Below, in pieces: positions 16,501 to 25,736 of a stretch of 52,111 bases of DNA (the first letter of the stretch is position 1; every line of letters starts with the position of its first letter). A program made the translations under genes and the position numbers. Source of the DNA: a virus (lineage: Duplodnaviria; Caudoviricetes); IMG/VR virus record IMGVR_UViG_3300045002_000011, positions 1 through 52,111 of that record; one strand, 5' to 3'. The notes under the pieces are model-generated. The model had not been told where the DNA came from and made no database searches. It saw nothing but the letters and a program-made list of their open reading frames with translations.

Positions 16501-18216
16501 ATGGCCCACCTCAACAAGGAGGACGCAGCCAAGCTCCTAGCGCGCCGGCACCCCGAGTGGGAGGAACATCAGCGCCGCTGGCGGTGGCTGCAAGACTCAC
16601 TCGAGGGTGGCAACCGTTACCGGATGGCGGATTACACCATCCCCACGACGGTGACGAGCCAGGAGAAGCTCCCCTGGTACAACTACGGCTTCGACGCGAC
16701 CACCTCTCAGCCGTATGTTGTGACCTACGGGCAGATCGTCGACCGGAACCTCATCCCGCACCTCAGTGAAACGGACGAAGCGAACCGCGACATCTACGCG
16801 ATGCGGCTCGCGCGGACGCCGGTGCCGTGCTGTGTCTCGTTCGCGCTGCGGCGCCACCTCGCCCGAATCTTCTCGCACGAGGTCCAGCGCGAGGGCCCGG
16901 CCGCGATCGTCGAGTGGTGGAAGAACGTCGACGGCGCAGGCACGCCGATCGACAAGTGGGTGCGGAAAGTCATCGGCCCGCTGTTCCTCGTGCTGGGCCA
17001 GCTCGACGTGGTGATCGACCGGCCCGAGCCACCGGAGAGCACGGCGATTCGCTCGCGGGCCGATGAGCGGAAGTACGGGCTCAACACCGTCGTCGCGAGC
17101 TACATCGTCCCGGAGAACATGATCTGGTGGCGCGTCGATCGACGCACTCGCCAGTATCTGGAATGCCTGGTTTTCGAGCGATCGGAGACCGAAGCGTATT
17201 ACCGGCACTGGACCGCGACGGAGAGCAACGCGTACGACGGCGAAGGTCAGTGGATCCCGCCGCTCAGCTACGAACACAACCTCGGGCGCGTGCCCATCGA
17301 GCGCGTGTTCGACGACAAGAAGCCGCGGCAGACGAGCGTCGGCCAGTCGCGCTACGAGGTGATCGCGGATCTTCAGAAAGCCATCTACAACGCGCTTTCG
17401 GAATTGATCCTCAGCGACATCAATCAGGCCCACCCGCTGCTCTCGGGCCCACAGGACGTCGTCCAGTCCGACACCAGCGTTCAGGTCGGACCGTCGAACG
17501 TCCTGCCCAAGATCCGGACGCCGGACGGCGATTATGTGGGGTGGGAGTTCGTCTCGCCCCCGAAGGAGCCGGCGGCCGAGATCCGCACGCACATTCAGGA
17601 CCTCTGGGATGAGGTCTACCGCCAGGCCGCGCTCCTGAAGCCCGCCGGCACGACGGATGGAAAGACGGTCGGCCAATCGGGCATCTCGAAGTCGTTCGAC
17701 CATCAGGAAGCCAACGACTATCTGAGCGAGGTCGCCGAGACGCTCGCGGAGGCCGAGGAGCGGATCGCCGAGCTGGCACTCCTCGTGCTCTCGAACGGCG
17801 ACCCGAAGCCGGCGGACGTTGAGGCGATCACGGTCACATACCCGCGCGAGTTCGACCTCCAATCCGGCGAGGACCTGTCGTCGGCCCTCAACGACATCCA
17901 GGGCCACATCGCGGCCGCCGGCGACCTGCCCGAGACGACCAAAGAATACCTCAAGCGGCGCGTCACGCGCGGCCTGCCGGGGCTGCCCGACGATCGCCAG
18001 GACCAGCTCCGCGAGGAAGTGGAACAGCAGGTCGATGCGAAGTCGAACGAAGCGGCCCAGCGCAGGGAAGGCCAGCCGCTGCCCGGCTTCAGCGGCGAGC
18101 CGGTCGACCCGGGCAACATGAACCCGGGCGGCGATCCCGATAACAACCCCGTTCCGCAGGGCATGGACATGGTCGGAGCGATCTCCGACTTCATCACCAG
18201 TCCAGCCCCATCGTGA
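16501..18216 (+). CDS. Portal protein
   Basis: 571 aa after TerL; RHPEW, NVDGAG, HNLGRVPI, QSGISK, VTYPREF portal-like motifs. Confidence 0.85.
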   Translation: MAHLNKEDAAKLLARRHPEWEEHQRRWRWLQDSLEGGNRYRMADYTIPTTVTSQEKLPWYNYGFDATTSQPYVVTYGQIVDRNLIPHLSETDEANRDIYAMRLARTPVPCCVSFALRRHLARIFSHEVQREGPAAIVEWWKNVDGAGTPIDKWVRKVIGPLFLVLGQLDVVIDRPEPPESTAIRSRADERKYGLNTVVASYIVPENMIWWRVDRRTRQYLECLVFERSETEAYYRHWTATESNAYDGEGQWIPPLSYEHNLGRVPIERVFDDKKPRQTSVGQSRYEVIADLQKAIYNALSELILSDINQAHPLLSGPQDVVQSDTSVQVGPSNVLPKIRTPDGDYVGWEFVSPPKEPAAEIRTHIQDLWDEVYRQAALLKPAGTTDGKTVGQSGISKSFDHQEANDYLSEVAETLAEAEERIAELALLVLSNGDPKPADVEAITVTYPREFDLQSGEDLSSALNDIQGHIAAAGDLPETTKEYLKRRVTRGLPGLPDDRQDQLREEVEQQVDAKSNEAAQRREGQPLPGFSGEPVDPGNMNPGGDPDNNPVPQGMDMVGAISDFITSPAPS

Positions 18217-18233
18217 TTTTCTGAGACCACCGC

Positions 18234-18905
18234 ATGCGCGTGCTCCTCGACAATGACCCCGGCGACAGCACCGGCGGTGGCGGCGCTACGCCGCCTCCTC
18301 CTCCGCAACCCGATCCCGCCCTGGCCGCCACCCAGACGGAGCTCGCCGCCGCGCGCAAGCGCATCGCCGACCTTGAAGCCGCCGAGGCCAGCCGCCTCGA
18401 AGCCGCGCGGAAGGAAGAAGAGAAGAAGCTCGCCGAGAAGGGGCAGTTCGACTCGATCCTCAAGGCCCGCGACGCGGAGGTGGCGGCCGCCAAGGCGCAG
18501 GCCGCCGCGGCGGAACACGGCGCGCGGACCTACGCTCGCGACCGCGAGCTCGCGCTCGTGCTTGGCAAGCACCCGATCCTTGAAGGGAAGTCCGGCCAGC
18601 TCGTGCAGCTCTGGCGGGATGACTTCGAGGCCGTGCTCGACGGCGCGGGCGGGTTCCGGGTCCAGGCCAAGGACCTGCGACCGATCGAGACGGTCATTGC
18701 CGAACGGCTCGCGACTCCGGAGTTCGATCACTTCATGAAGCCGAGCAACACGGGCGGCGGCGGCCCGTCCCGCGGCGCCGCTGGCGGCCCGACGCCGAAG
18801 CCCGGCGAACCGAAGAAACCGCCCACGCTGCTCGAAGCCGCCAAGGAGCGGCTCTCCGGCCAACGAATCAACGGCTTCGGCCTCCGCCCCGTCCGCCGCG
18901 GCTGA
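18234..18905 (+). CDS. Capsid scaffolding protein
   Basis: Charged coiled coil with Gly/Pro C-terminal linker, immediately before the MCP. Confidence 0.75.
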   Translation: MRVLLDNDPGDSTGGGGATPPPPPQPDPALAATQTELAAARKRIADLEAAEASRLEAARKEEEKKLAEKGQFDSILKARDAEVAAAKAQAAAAEHGARTYARDRELALVLGKHPILEGKSGQLVQLWRDDFEAVLDGAGGFRVQAKDLRPIETVIAERLATPEFDHFMKPSNTGGGGPSRGAAGGPTPKPGEPKKPPTLLEAAKERLSGQRINGFGLRPVRRG

Positions 18906-18972
18906 TTTCGCCCCTGCCACCACCGAGTTTGAAGCCCTTTCGCCCCCTGCCTGATCACCGAGGAAGCCCGCT

Positions 18973-20124
18973 GTGACCACCGCCTATGACGCCGGGATTA
19001 TGAACCCGTTTGACGCCCTGGGCGTCATCGTCGTCGAGATCGAGAACGTTGCGATCAACTTCATGGTGAACCGCAACCCGCTGTACGCGCGGCTCCCGCG
19101 TACCGAGAGAGGCTCGCTCTCGTTCAAGGTCGCGAGCAACGCGTACCGGCCGAACAGCCAGCTCCTGACCGGCAACGGCGGAGCCATCACGAGCGGAGCG
19201 ACCACTCTCAAGGTCGCCGACAACTCGATGTTCATGCTCGGCGACGTAATCGAAATCGACACGGAAGCCATGATCATCAACGCCAACCCGAATAGCGACG
19301 GCGTCACGCTGAGCGTCACGCGCGGTTATGAAGGGACGGCGGCCGCGTCGCACAACGACGGCGTGACGACCTGGCTCATCGGCAACAGCCGGACCGGCGG
19401 TGAAAACGAGGTCCAGGGGATCACCCGCAAACCGACCACGGTCACGCAGCAGTTCCAGACGTTCCAACACCCCTACCAGATCTCGGGCGCGTTGGCGTCG
19501 GCCACCGATTACGCGCTGCCCCCCGGCATGTCCAGCGTCCTCGGCTTCCAGCGTTCGATCGCCATCCAGGAAGCGACCGACGATGTCGAGCGTTCCAGCT
19601 ACTACGGCTACGGCTACTCGCCCGTGGTCAATACCGACCGGCCGGCGATGCTCGGGCTCCGCTCGCTCATCCAGACCAACAAGACCCTCAGCCCAACCAA
19701 CGCCGCGGCCTACAAGCCGAGCGATCTGATCCGCGACACGGTCCAGGCCTGCTTCACGGGCGGCGGCAAGGCTGACCTCTTCATCGTCTCGACCGACTTC
19801 ATGGGCGGTCTCGCGACGTGGGGCATGGCCATCCAGCGCGTCGACGCCGGCGAGAATGAGTTCGGCACCCCGATCGATATGTTCGAGGCGCCGTTCCTCG
19901 CTGGTGTGTCGATTGTCCCCGCTCCGCTCCTCCGCCCGGGCACGGTCATCGCCCTCACCTCCGAAGAGATCCTCATGGCGATGAAGCGGCCCCTCTTCGA
20001 CAAGCCCCGAGGCAGCCGCGGCGACTCGACCGAAGGCGACATCATCTGCGAGGCGGCGATCGAGCTGCACAACGAGCCGCACCATGCGTGGGTCAGCGGC
20101 ATCACCGGCTTCAGCGCGGTCTGA
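18973..20124 (+). CDS. Major capsid protein (HK97-fold, DUF5309-like) with inserted beta domain
   Basis: Position, 383 aa, QTFQHPYQISG, MLGLRSLI, KPRGSRGDSTEGDIICEAAIE. Confidence 0.8.
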   Translation: MTTAYDAGIMNPFDALGVIVVEIENVAINFMVNRNPLYARLPRTERGSLSFKVASNAYRPNSQLLTGNGGAITSGATTLKVADNSMFMLGDVIEIDTEAMIINANPNSDGVTLSVTRGYEGTAAASHNDGVTTWLIGNSRTGGENEVQGITRKPTTVTQQFQTFQHPYQISGALASATDYALPPGMSSVLGFQRSIAIQEATDDVERSSYYGYGYSPVVNTDRPAMLGLRSLIQTNKTLSPTNAAAYKPSDLIRDTVQACFTGGGKADLFIVSTDFMGGLATWGMAIQRVDAGENEFGTPIDMFEAPFLAGVSIVPAPLLRPGTVIALTSEEILMAMKRPLFDKPRGSRGDSTEGDIICEAAIELHNEPHHAWVSGITGFSAV

Positions 20125-20215
20125 TTTTTAGTTGTCAGTTGCTGGCCGTTAGCTCTCGGCAACGAGGGCTGACGGCCGGCGATCCACCCCATCACCGAGC
20201 ACTGACAACTGAGAA
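20125..20215 (+). other. Nested stem-loop RNA structure downstream of the MCP
   Basis: Outer AGTTGTCAGT/ACTGACAACT; inner GGCCGTTAGCTCTCG-GCAA-CGAGGGCTGACGGCC. Confidence 0.6.
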
Positions 20216-20221
20216 CCGTCC

Positions 20222-20983
20222 ATGTACAACGTCCCTCCCTCGATCGTCACGTCCGGCGCGACGTTCTCACAGCTCCAGAGCAACGGCCTCAGCGGCCTGC
20301 TCGAGCTGCTCATCACCGCTAACAGCACGGGCACCCCCGCGCCCACGGCCGCGGCGACCGCGACCGCGACCGGCGGCGGCTCCGCGGGCGGCAATCTGGC
20401 CGCCGGGACCTATTATTTCGTCTTCACCGAGACGAATGGCATCGGCGAAACCACCGCCGCGCCGGAGAGCGCTCAGCTCACAGCCGCCGCGGGAAACATC
20501 CCGCAGGTCACCTTCCCAGCGCTCAAATCGGGCAACTCGGCGCGCAACCTGTACCTGACGCAGGCCAACGGCTCGACCGGGACGGAGGTCCTCTACGCCG
20601 CCGGCATCACGACCACGACCTACAACCTCTCCGCGGCCCACCCCGCGGCGACGAGCAACACCGGCGCCGACGTGCTGGCGCCCCCGACGGCCAACACGAC
20701 GGGTCTCCAGCAGAACCAGATCAACCGCATCCGCTCCGCCAAGGTCACCGGTCAGCTCGAATACCAGTACATGCACGCGTCGCGTGCTGTGACCAAGTTC
20801 CTCGAGGGCGACCCGACCGCCATGTCCGACACGCTGCTGCAGCTCTGCAACGCGTCGGTGGTGTTCCACGCCCTGGCCCAGGCGATCGACGACTGCGCGG
20901 CCCTGGTCTACGCCAACCCCGGGCACTTCAACGCCGTCCAGAACGCGATCAAGGATTACGTCCAGCAACGCACCCAGCCGTGA
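20222..20983 (+). CDS. Putative capsid decoration protein with FN3-like module
   Basis: Thr/Ala/Gly-rich; GGNLAAGTYYFVFTETNGIGET module resembles the repeats in 27951-31253. Confidence 0.6.
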   Translation: MYNVPPSIVTSGATFSQLQSNGLSGLLELLITANSTGTPAPTAAATATATGGGSAGGNLAAGTYYFVFTETNGIGETTAAPESAQLTAAAGNIPQVTFPALKSGNSARNLYLTQANGSTGTEVLYAAGITTTTYNLSAAHPAATSNTGADVLAPPTANTTGLQQNQINRIRSAKVTGQLEYQYMHASRAVTKFLEGDPTAMSDTLLQLCNASVVFHALAQAIDDCAALVYANPGHFNAVQNAIKDYVQQRTQP

Positions 20984-21654
20984 GGGACCTGGAAAAGAAA
21001 GAGGCGGCGCAGCTCGCCCGACTCAAGGAGTGGCAAGCGAAGGCGGCCGCTCTCGTCAACCGCAAGCTCGACGACGCCGCGGCCCACGCGATCGCGGCCC
21101 TCACCACAACGCTCAAGAAGACGCCCGAGGGGCGCCCGACAGTCCGCAAGGCGGCGCAGTCCCGCAGCTTCGCCGCCGCGGTCTCGCGGCTCGACGAGCT
21201 GTGGGCGGCACTGACCGGCCCCTCGGTGGCCTCGCTTGACGGTCTCGTCCGCGACGCCCGCGAGGACCTCTACCGGTTTTGCTTCACGCTCTGGCGGCCG
21301 CTCATCCCGCCCGAGCTGCTCGCCTCCGGCGACCCGAAGCCGGCCGTCACGAAGCTCGTGGCCGCGCGCCGGCTCGTTCTCCACGGGACGGAGCTTCGAC
21401 AGGAGCTGCAGGGCCCCTTCGACGCCGCCAAGCGAACGCTGCTCGCAACGCTCGCCCAGGCCGGCCAGCGCTCGACGCCTGAGCACATCGAGACCGACCT
21501 CATCGACACCTGGCGTCGACAAACCGAAACCGCAGTGACCGCGGCCGTCAACCGGGCGCTCTCCGACAGCGAGGTCCGCCTCAACCAGCTCGCGGGCCGC
21601 GACCTGGTGCACCCGGATTTCCGAGACGACGAGCCGCCTGAGTATGGACCGTGA
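20980..21654 (+). CDS. Hypothetical helical protein (head module)
   Basis: GTGA-coupled 224-aa ORF. Confidence 0.65.
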   Translation: MRDLEKKEAAQLARLKEWQAKAAALVNRKLDDAAAHAIAALTTTLKKTPEGRPTVRKAAQSRSFAAAVSRLDELWAALTGPSVASLDGLVRDAREDLYRFCFTLWRPLIPPELLASGDPKPAVTKLVAARRLVLHGTELRQELQGPFDAAKRTLLATLAQAGQRSTPEHIETDLIDTWRRQTETAVTAAVNRALSDSEVRLNQLAGRDLVHPDFRDDEPPEYGP

Positions 21655-22744
21655 TGAGCTCGTCCTGCAGAACCTCGGACTGGCCCGATGGGTCGCGGGC
21701 AGGTTCAAGGGGCACGGAGTCGACCTCGACGACCTTCTGCAGGAAGCGAACCTCGCGCTGATCAAGGCCGCCAAAGCCTACGACCCGTCGCGCGGCATCA
21801 AGTTCTCAACCTACGCCGCGCGAGCGATTCGCTACGAGCTGATCGACGTCATCGCGGACGGACAGGTCATTCGCCTGAGCCACAACCTCCGGGCGTGGCT
21901 CTCCATCTGGCGGAAGTGGTCCGCCCAGACGGGAGGCACCTTCGAGGCGTTCGTCGCCGAGCATCCCAGGATCGAAGACGGCGGCTGCCGGAGGCGGCTC
22001 GAGCGACTGCTCCGTACCGGTGTCCCGATCGCGAGCTGCGACAGCGAGGGCCTGAATCTCGCGCAGGATCGCCGGCTCACCGAGCTTAACACCCTTGAGA
22101 ACCACGATGAGCTCGCTTTTCTCCTGGGGTCACTCGCACCCGCCGATCGAGACCTGATTCGCGAGCTCTTCGGCGTCGACGGCGGCGAGCAACGATCGGG
22201 CGCGGAGATCGCCAGGGCGCGCGGGGTGACCCGCCAGGCCGTCGATTACGCCAAGCAACGCGCGCTCGGCCAGATGCGCCGCGCGGCGGAACGGAGCGAG
22301 AGCAAAGCCAACGTGGATCAATCGAAGGTCCGGGCGTTCGTCGAGCAGAACATCGGCCCGCTCTCGCGGGCGATGGGGATCTCCCACTGGACGATCCGCG
22401 TTACCTATGGGCCGTGCGAGCAGCCGAACCACGACGCGGACTGCGGGCGGATCTATCCCTACAACGTCGCCGACATCAACATCGATCCCGCGCGGGCTGA
22501 GAACGACGATGACGTGCTCCGGCTGTTGTGCCACGAGCTCGCCCACATCGTCCTTCACCCGTTCGATCTCTACCGCGACGTGATGCTTCAGGGGCTCGCG
22601 GAAGGCTCGACGGCGGCGAAGCAAGAAGACCAGCTCTGGGTCTATTGCGTCGAGCAGGCGGTGATCAACCTGCGTCGCCTGTGGTCGGGAGCCCGAGAGT
22701 ACTGGCAGAAAGATGGAGCCGCCGCGCCCCCCCTCAACTCGTGA
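21644..22744 (+). CDS. Sigma70-family factor fused in-frame to a HEXXH metallopeptidase-like domain
   Basis: NLGLARWVA, DLLQEANLALIKAAKAYDPSRGIKFSTYA, AEIARARGVTRQAV; then LCHELAHIVL. Confidence 0.8.
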   Translation: MDRDELVLQNLGLARWVAGRFKGHGVDLDDLLQEANLALIKAAKAYDPSRGIKFSTYAARAIRYELIDVIADGQVIRLSHNLRAWLSIWRKWSAQTGGTFEAFVAEHPRIEDGGCRRRLERLLRTGVPIASCDSEGLNLAQDRRLTELNTLENHDELAFLLGSLAPADRDLIRELFGVDGGEQRSGAEIARARGVTRQAVDYAKQRALGQMRRAAERSESKANVDQSKVRAFVEQNIGPLSRAMGISHWTIRVTYGPCEQPNHDADCGRIYPYNVADINIDPARAENDDDVLRLLCHELAHIVLHPFDLYRDVMLQGLAEGSTAAKQEDQLWVYCVEQAVINLRRLWSGAREYWQKDGAAAPPLNS

Positions 22745-22824
22745 CAATCATGAATCTAGTGCTCCTCGTCTTCCGGATCGCGTGGGTCATCCTGCTCGAA
22801 GTCGCGGATTTCCTGCTCCGGTAA

Positions 22825-24240
22825 ATGGCCCGCGTCATCTTCAACGGCACACCCGGAGAGGTGTGGAAGAACGAAGGCACGAGGGTCCAGTACCAGCTCT
22901 TCGTCGCCTTCAACTTCAGTTGCGGCCTCTGCATCCAGTTCGCCAACGCGATCGCCGGGGCATGGCCGGTCCCGTTCCACCGCAACTGCCGCTGCCGAGT
23001 GAAGCCGATCTGGCCGGGGGCCGACGCCGAGCCTTACGTCGACTTCATGGACGAGATCCGGAAGCTCGATCCGAAGCAACAGGCTGCGGCGGTCGGCGCG
23101 AGCAACTGGAAGCTACTCGAGAAGGGCACGGTTAATTGGGACGATGTCGTCACGCCGACCCGCGTCCGCGACCTGCGTGAGGTTGTCTCCCGCAACAAGC
23201 TCTCCGTCGCCGACCTGACGAAAGCCGGCGTGCCCAGGGGCCTCGCGGACCTGGTGCACGCCTCCGTCGACACGCCGGCCCACGAGCTCGTCGACAAGAC
23301 CCGGCAAGAGCTCGTCGACAAGCTCAAGGACGTGGGGCTCTCGCACCAGGAGATCAAGCGAGCGGTCGGCGAGGGACTGGCGAAGCGCGTCTTCATCGGC
23401 GAGGGCCCGAGCGGCGCCCAGTCGTTCTATATCGCGCCGCGGCCGCTGGCGCCCGAGGTTCTCGGCAAGATCCTCAACCTCAAGCCGGAGGCGGTGAAGG
23501 CAGCGGCGCCGAAATCACCCGAGCCGGCGGGCACGCCAGTCAGCCGAGCGCTCGACCTCGACCTGGCCGGCGAATCGCTGGCCTTCCGCGAAGAGATCAA
23601 GGCGACGATCGAGGCGGTCGACCGGATCCACGGCGACGGCCCGCTGCCGAAGATCGTGGTCGACACCAATGTCCCCGCGGGGGCGGACGGCGTGTTCCGC
23701 CGCATTGTCACCACGGGCGAGGCGGTCGAGATCGCGGTCAGGCGGCTGTCCAGCACTCCTGGCTTCTCCCTCGCCCACGAGCTCGGCCACTTCCTCGAGC
23801 GGAGCGGCATCCCGCGCAAGTTGGGGCTCGCCAACCCTCGCGATTGGCAAGACGACGAGCACCTGGGCGACTGGTACAAGGCCGTTCTTGCCAGTCCCCC
23901 CATCAAAAAGCTGAAAGAGCTCGTCAGCAAAAAGACGATCGAGGTCGAGAAAGCGGACGGGACGAAGGAAACCCAGCCGCTCGATAAGGACTATCTCGCC
24001 TACCTCCGCGACCCGGAGGAAGTCTGGGCGCGGGCCTACTCGCAATGGATCGCGAGCCGTAGCGGCAATGCCCGGCTTCGTGGTCAACTGGACGCGGAAC
24101 GGCGCGAGCCGATCAAGAAAGCCATCCCGCACCAGTGGAGCGATGAAGAGTTCAAACCGATCGCCCAGGAGATCGAGGCACTCTTCACGAAACTCGGATG
24201 GATCAAAAAAAGTACGACCCGGAATACGAGCGGAAACTGA
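22825..24240 (+). CDS. MuF-like minor head protein with C-terminal HEXXH metallopeptidase-like domain
   Basis: CGLC...PFHRNCRC MuF motif; LAHELGHFLE and YLRDPEEVWARAYSQWI. Confidence 0.72.
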   Translation: MARVIFNGTPGEVWKNEGTRVQYQLFVAFNFSCGLCIQFANAIAGAWPVPFHRNCRCRVKPIWPGADAEPYVDFMDEIRKLDPKQQAAAVGASNWKLLEKGTVNWDDVVTPTRVRDLREVVSRNKLSVADLTKAGVPRGLADLVHASVDTPAHELVDKTRQELVDKLKDVGLSHQEIKRAVGEGLAKRVFIGEGPSGAQSFYIAPRPLAPEVLGKILNLKPEAVKAAAPKSPEPAGTPVSRALDLDLAGESLAFREEIKATIEAVDRIHGDGPLPKIVVDTNVPAGADGVFRRIVTTGEAVEIAVRRLSSTPGFSLAHELGHFLERSGIPRKLGLANPRDWQDDEHLGDWYKAVLASPPIKKLKELVSKKTIEVEKADGTKETQPLDKDYLAYLRDPEEVWARAYSQWIASRSGNARLRGQLDAERREPIKKAIPHQWSDEEFKPIAQEIEALFTKLGWIKKSTTRNTSGN

Positions 24241-24386
24241 AGGCCGAGCTGCTCGCCGCTGACGTGAAGCCGCAGACGGCGGAGTGGATCGCCGCCATCG
24301 GGTCCGGACGGCTGCCCGGCGACAACCTGGCCGTCGATGAAGACGGCAACATCGTCCCGCAGCCCAGGCCGAAAGAAGTCGATTAG
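24198..24386 (+). CDS. Small protein overlapping the MuF-like gene (immunity candidate)
   Basis: 62-aa ORF overlapping the MuF 3' end and filling the gap to the next gene. Confidence 0.5.
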   Translation: MDQKKYDPEYERKLKAELLAADVKPQTAEWIAAIGSGRLPGDNLAVDEDGNIVPQPRPKEVD

Positions 24387-24389
24387 CCC

Positions 24390-25070
24390 GTGGCGCAACC
24401 CTCGGTCCTTCAGCAGGTCTACTGCACCGACGAGGACCTCGCGGTGCGCGCCCTGGGCGATTACCCGACGCTTTGCCCCGAGTGGCAGAAGCTGGCCTAT
24501 GGGACGGACGGCGTGCTCGCCGCGGGCAGTCCCTGGGTGCTGAGCTCGGCGAGCAACGCGTTCGCCAGCCTGGGCGTCGGCAGCAACAACGTCGTCCAGC
24601 TCACGGCCCCAAAGTCGAGCTTCAAGGGGGCGGGCGAGCTGTTTGCGGTCGACTCCGCCTTGGGTAACACGATCACGCTGCGGCGGCTCAACCAGGCGCT
24701 GAACGCGGGCCTCCCGCCGGGCGGAGGAATCGGCCTCACCGGCGTCGAGTTCAAGGTCAAGACGTTCTACGCCCAGATCGACAACGCATGCTTCGACGCG
24801 AACCGCTTTTTCGGGATCGATCCCAACAACGCGACCAACACGCCGGCCGCGCTTTACGACACCCGCGAGCTGCGGCAGTTTTGCGTGCTCACCGTCCTGC
24901 AGCGCCTCTACGCCGAGCAGGTCCGCACCGACACGGGCGACTTCAAGCTGAAGCTCGCCCAGGTCTCCGCTGACCTGAAGGAGCTGAAGGCCAGCCTGAC
25001 GATCCGCTGGGGCGACATGGGCGAGTCGCAGCTCGGCCGCGGGATCTTCGGCGGCAGGGTCCGGCGTTGA
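24390..25070 (+). CDS. Head-tail adaptor-like protein
   Basis: N-terminal YCTDEDL motif typical of head-completion proteins; synteny. Confidence 0.6.
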   Translation: MAQPSVLQQVYCTDEDLAVRALGDYPTLCPEWQKLAYGTDGVLAAGSPWVLSSASNAFASLGVGSNNVVQLTAPKSSFKGAGELFAVDSALGNTITLRRLNQALNAGLPPGGGIGLTGVEFKVKTFYAQIDNACFDANRFFGIDPNNATNTPAALYDTRELRQFCVLTVLQRLYAEQVRTDTGDFKLKLAQVSADLKELKASLTIRWGDMGESQLGRGIFGGRVRR

Positions 25071-25711
25071 CCGTCTACGACATTTACTCCAACCGCGGGA
25101 TCCCCGGCGCTCCCGTCGATTACAGCGCACCGATCATCGCGGGCCTGACCTCGCTCGCCTTCACGCCCTGGGCGTTGTCGCCGAACGCCGATTACGTCTT
25201 CGGCGTCCGGGCCCGCGACTCGGTCAGCGGACTGTCGGAACAGAACGTCGACGCGATCGGCGCGGTCAACCTCGACGTGAACGGCCGCGACATCACGGCT
25301 CGCCCACTGCCGCCAGTCCACCTGCGAGTGACGCCCGTCGCCGGCGGCGCGTTCTGGCTCGACTGGGCCTGGCCCTACCCGAACACGGTCGCGAGCTTCC
25401 CGCAGGGCTTCCACGTCTACGCCGGGCAAGCACCCGGGCCGAATTACGGCCAGGTCCTCGCCGCCGTCGCTTACCGCGCGGGCCTGCGGTTCTTCCGGAC
25501 GAAGCTCGCCGGCCTGGCCGCCGGCGCGACGTATTACCTCGCGGTCCGGGCGTTCAACGGCGCTGGCGAGGAAACGAACCTCGTGACCGTCGCCGCCACC
25601 ACGATGGCCGCACCCCCGCTCAGCGTGATCAACCTGAGCGGTGGCGGGACCTCGGTCGCGAACAAATCCCGATTCACCCTCCGGCGCCCGACCAAGGGCG
25701 GCGCCGGCTGA
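25067..25711 (+). CDS. Fibronectin type III-like structural protein
   Basis: LSPNADYVFGVRARD and GLAAGATYYLAVRAFNGAGE. Confidence 0.7.
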   Translation: MTVYDIYSNRGIPGAPVDYSAPIIAGLTSLAFTPWALSPNADYVFGVRARDSVSGLSEQNVDAIGAVNLDVNGRDITARPLPPVHLRVTPVAGGAFWLDWAWPYPNTVASFPQGFHVYAGQAPGPNYGQVLAAVAYRAGLRFFRTKLAGLAAGATYYLAVRAFNGAGEETNLVTVAATTMAAPPLSVINLSGGGTSVANKSRFTLRRPTKGGAG

Positions 25712-25736
25712 CCTCTCTGAGCTGAGAACACTCCGA

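Noticed and set aside
18906-18951. Short direct repeat TTTCGCCCC(C)TGCC before the capsid gene
   Set aside because: Only two short copies in GC-rich DNA; no function can be supported.
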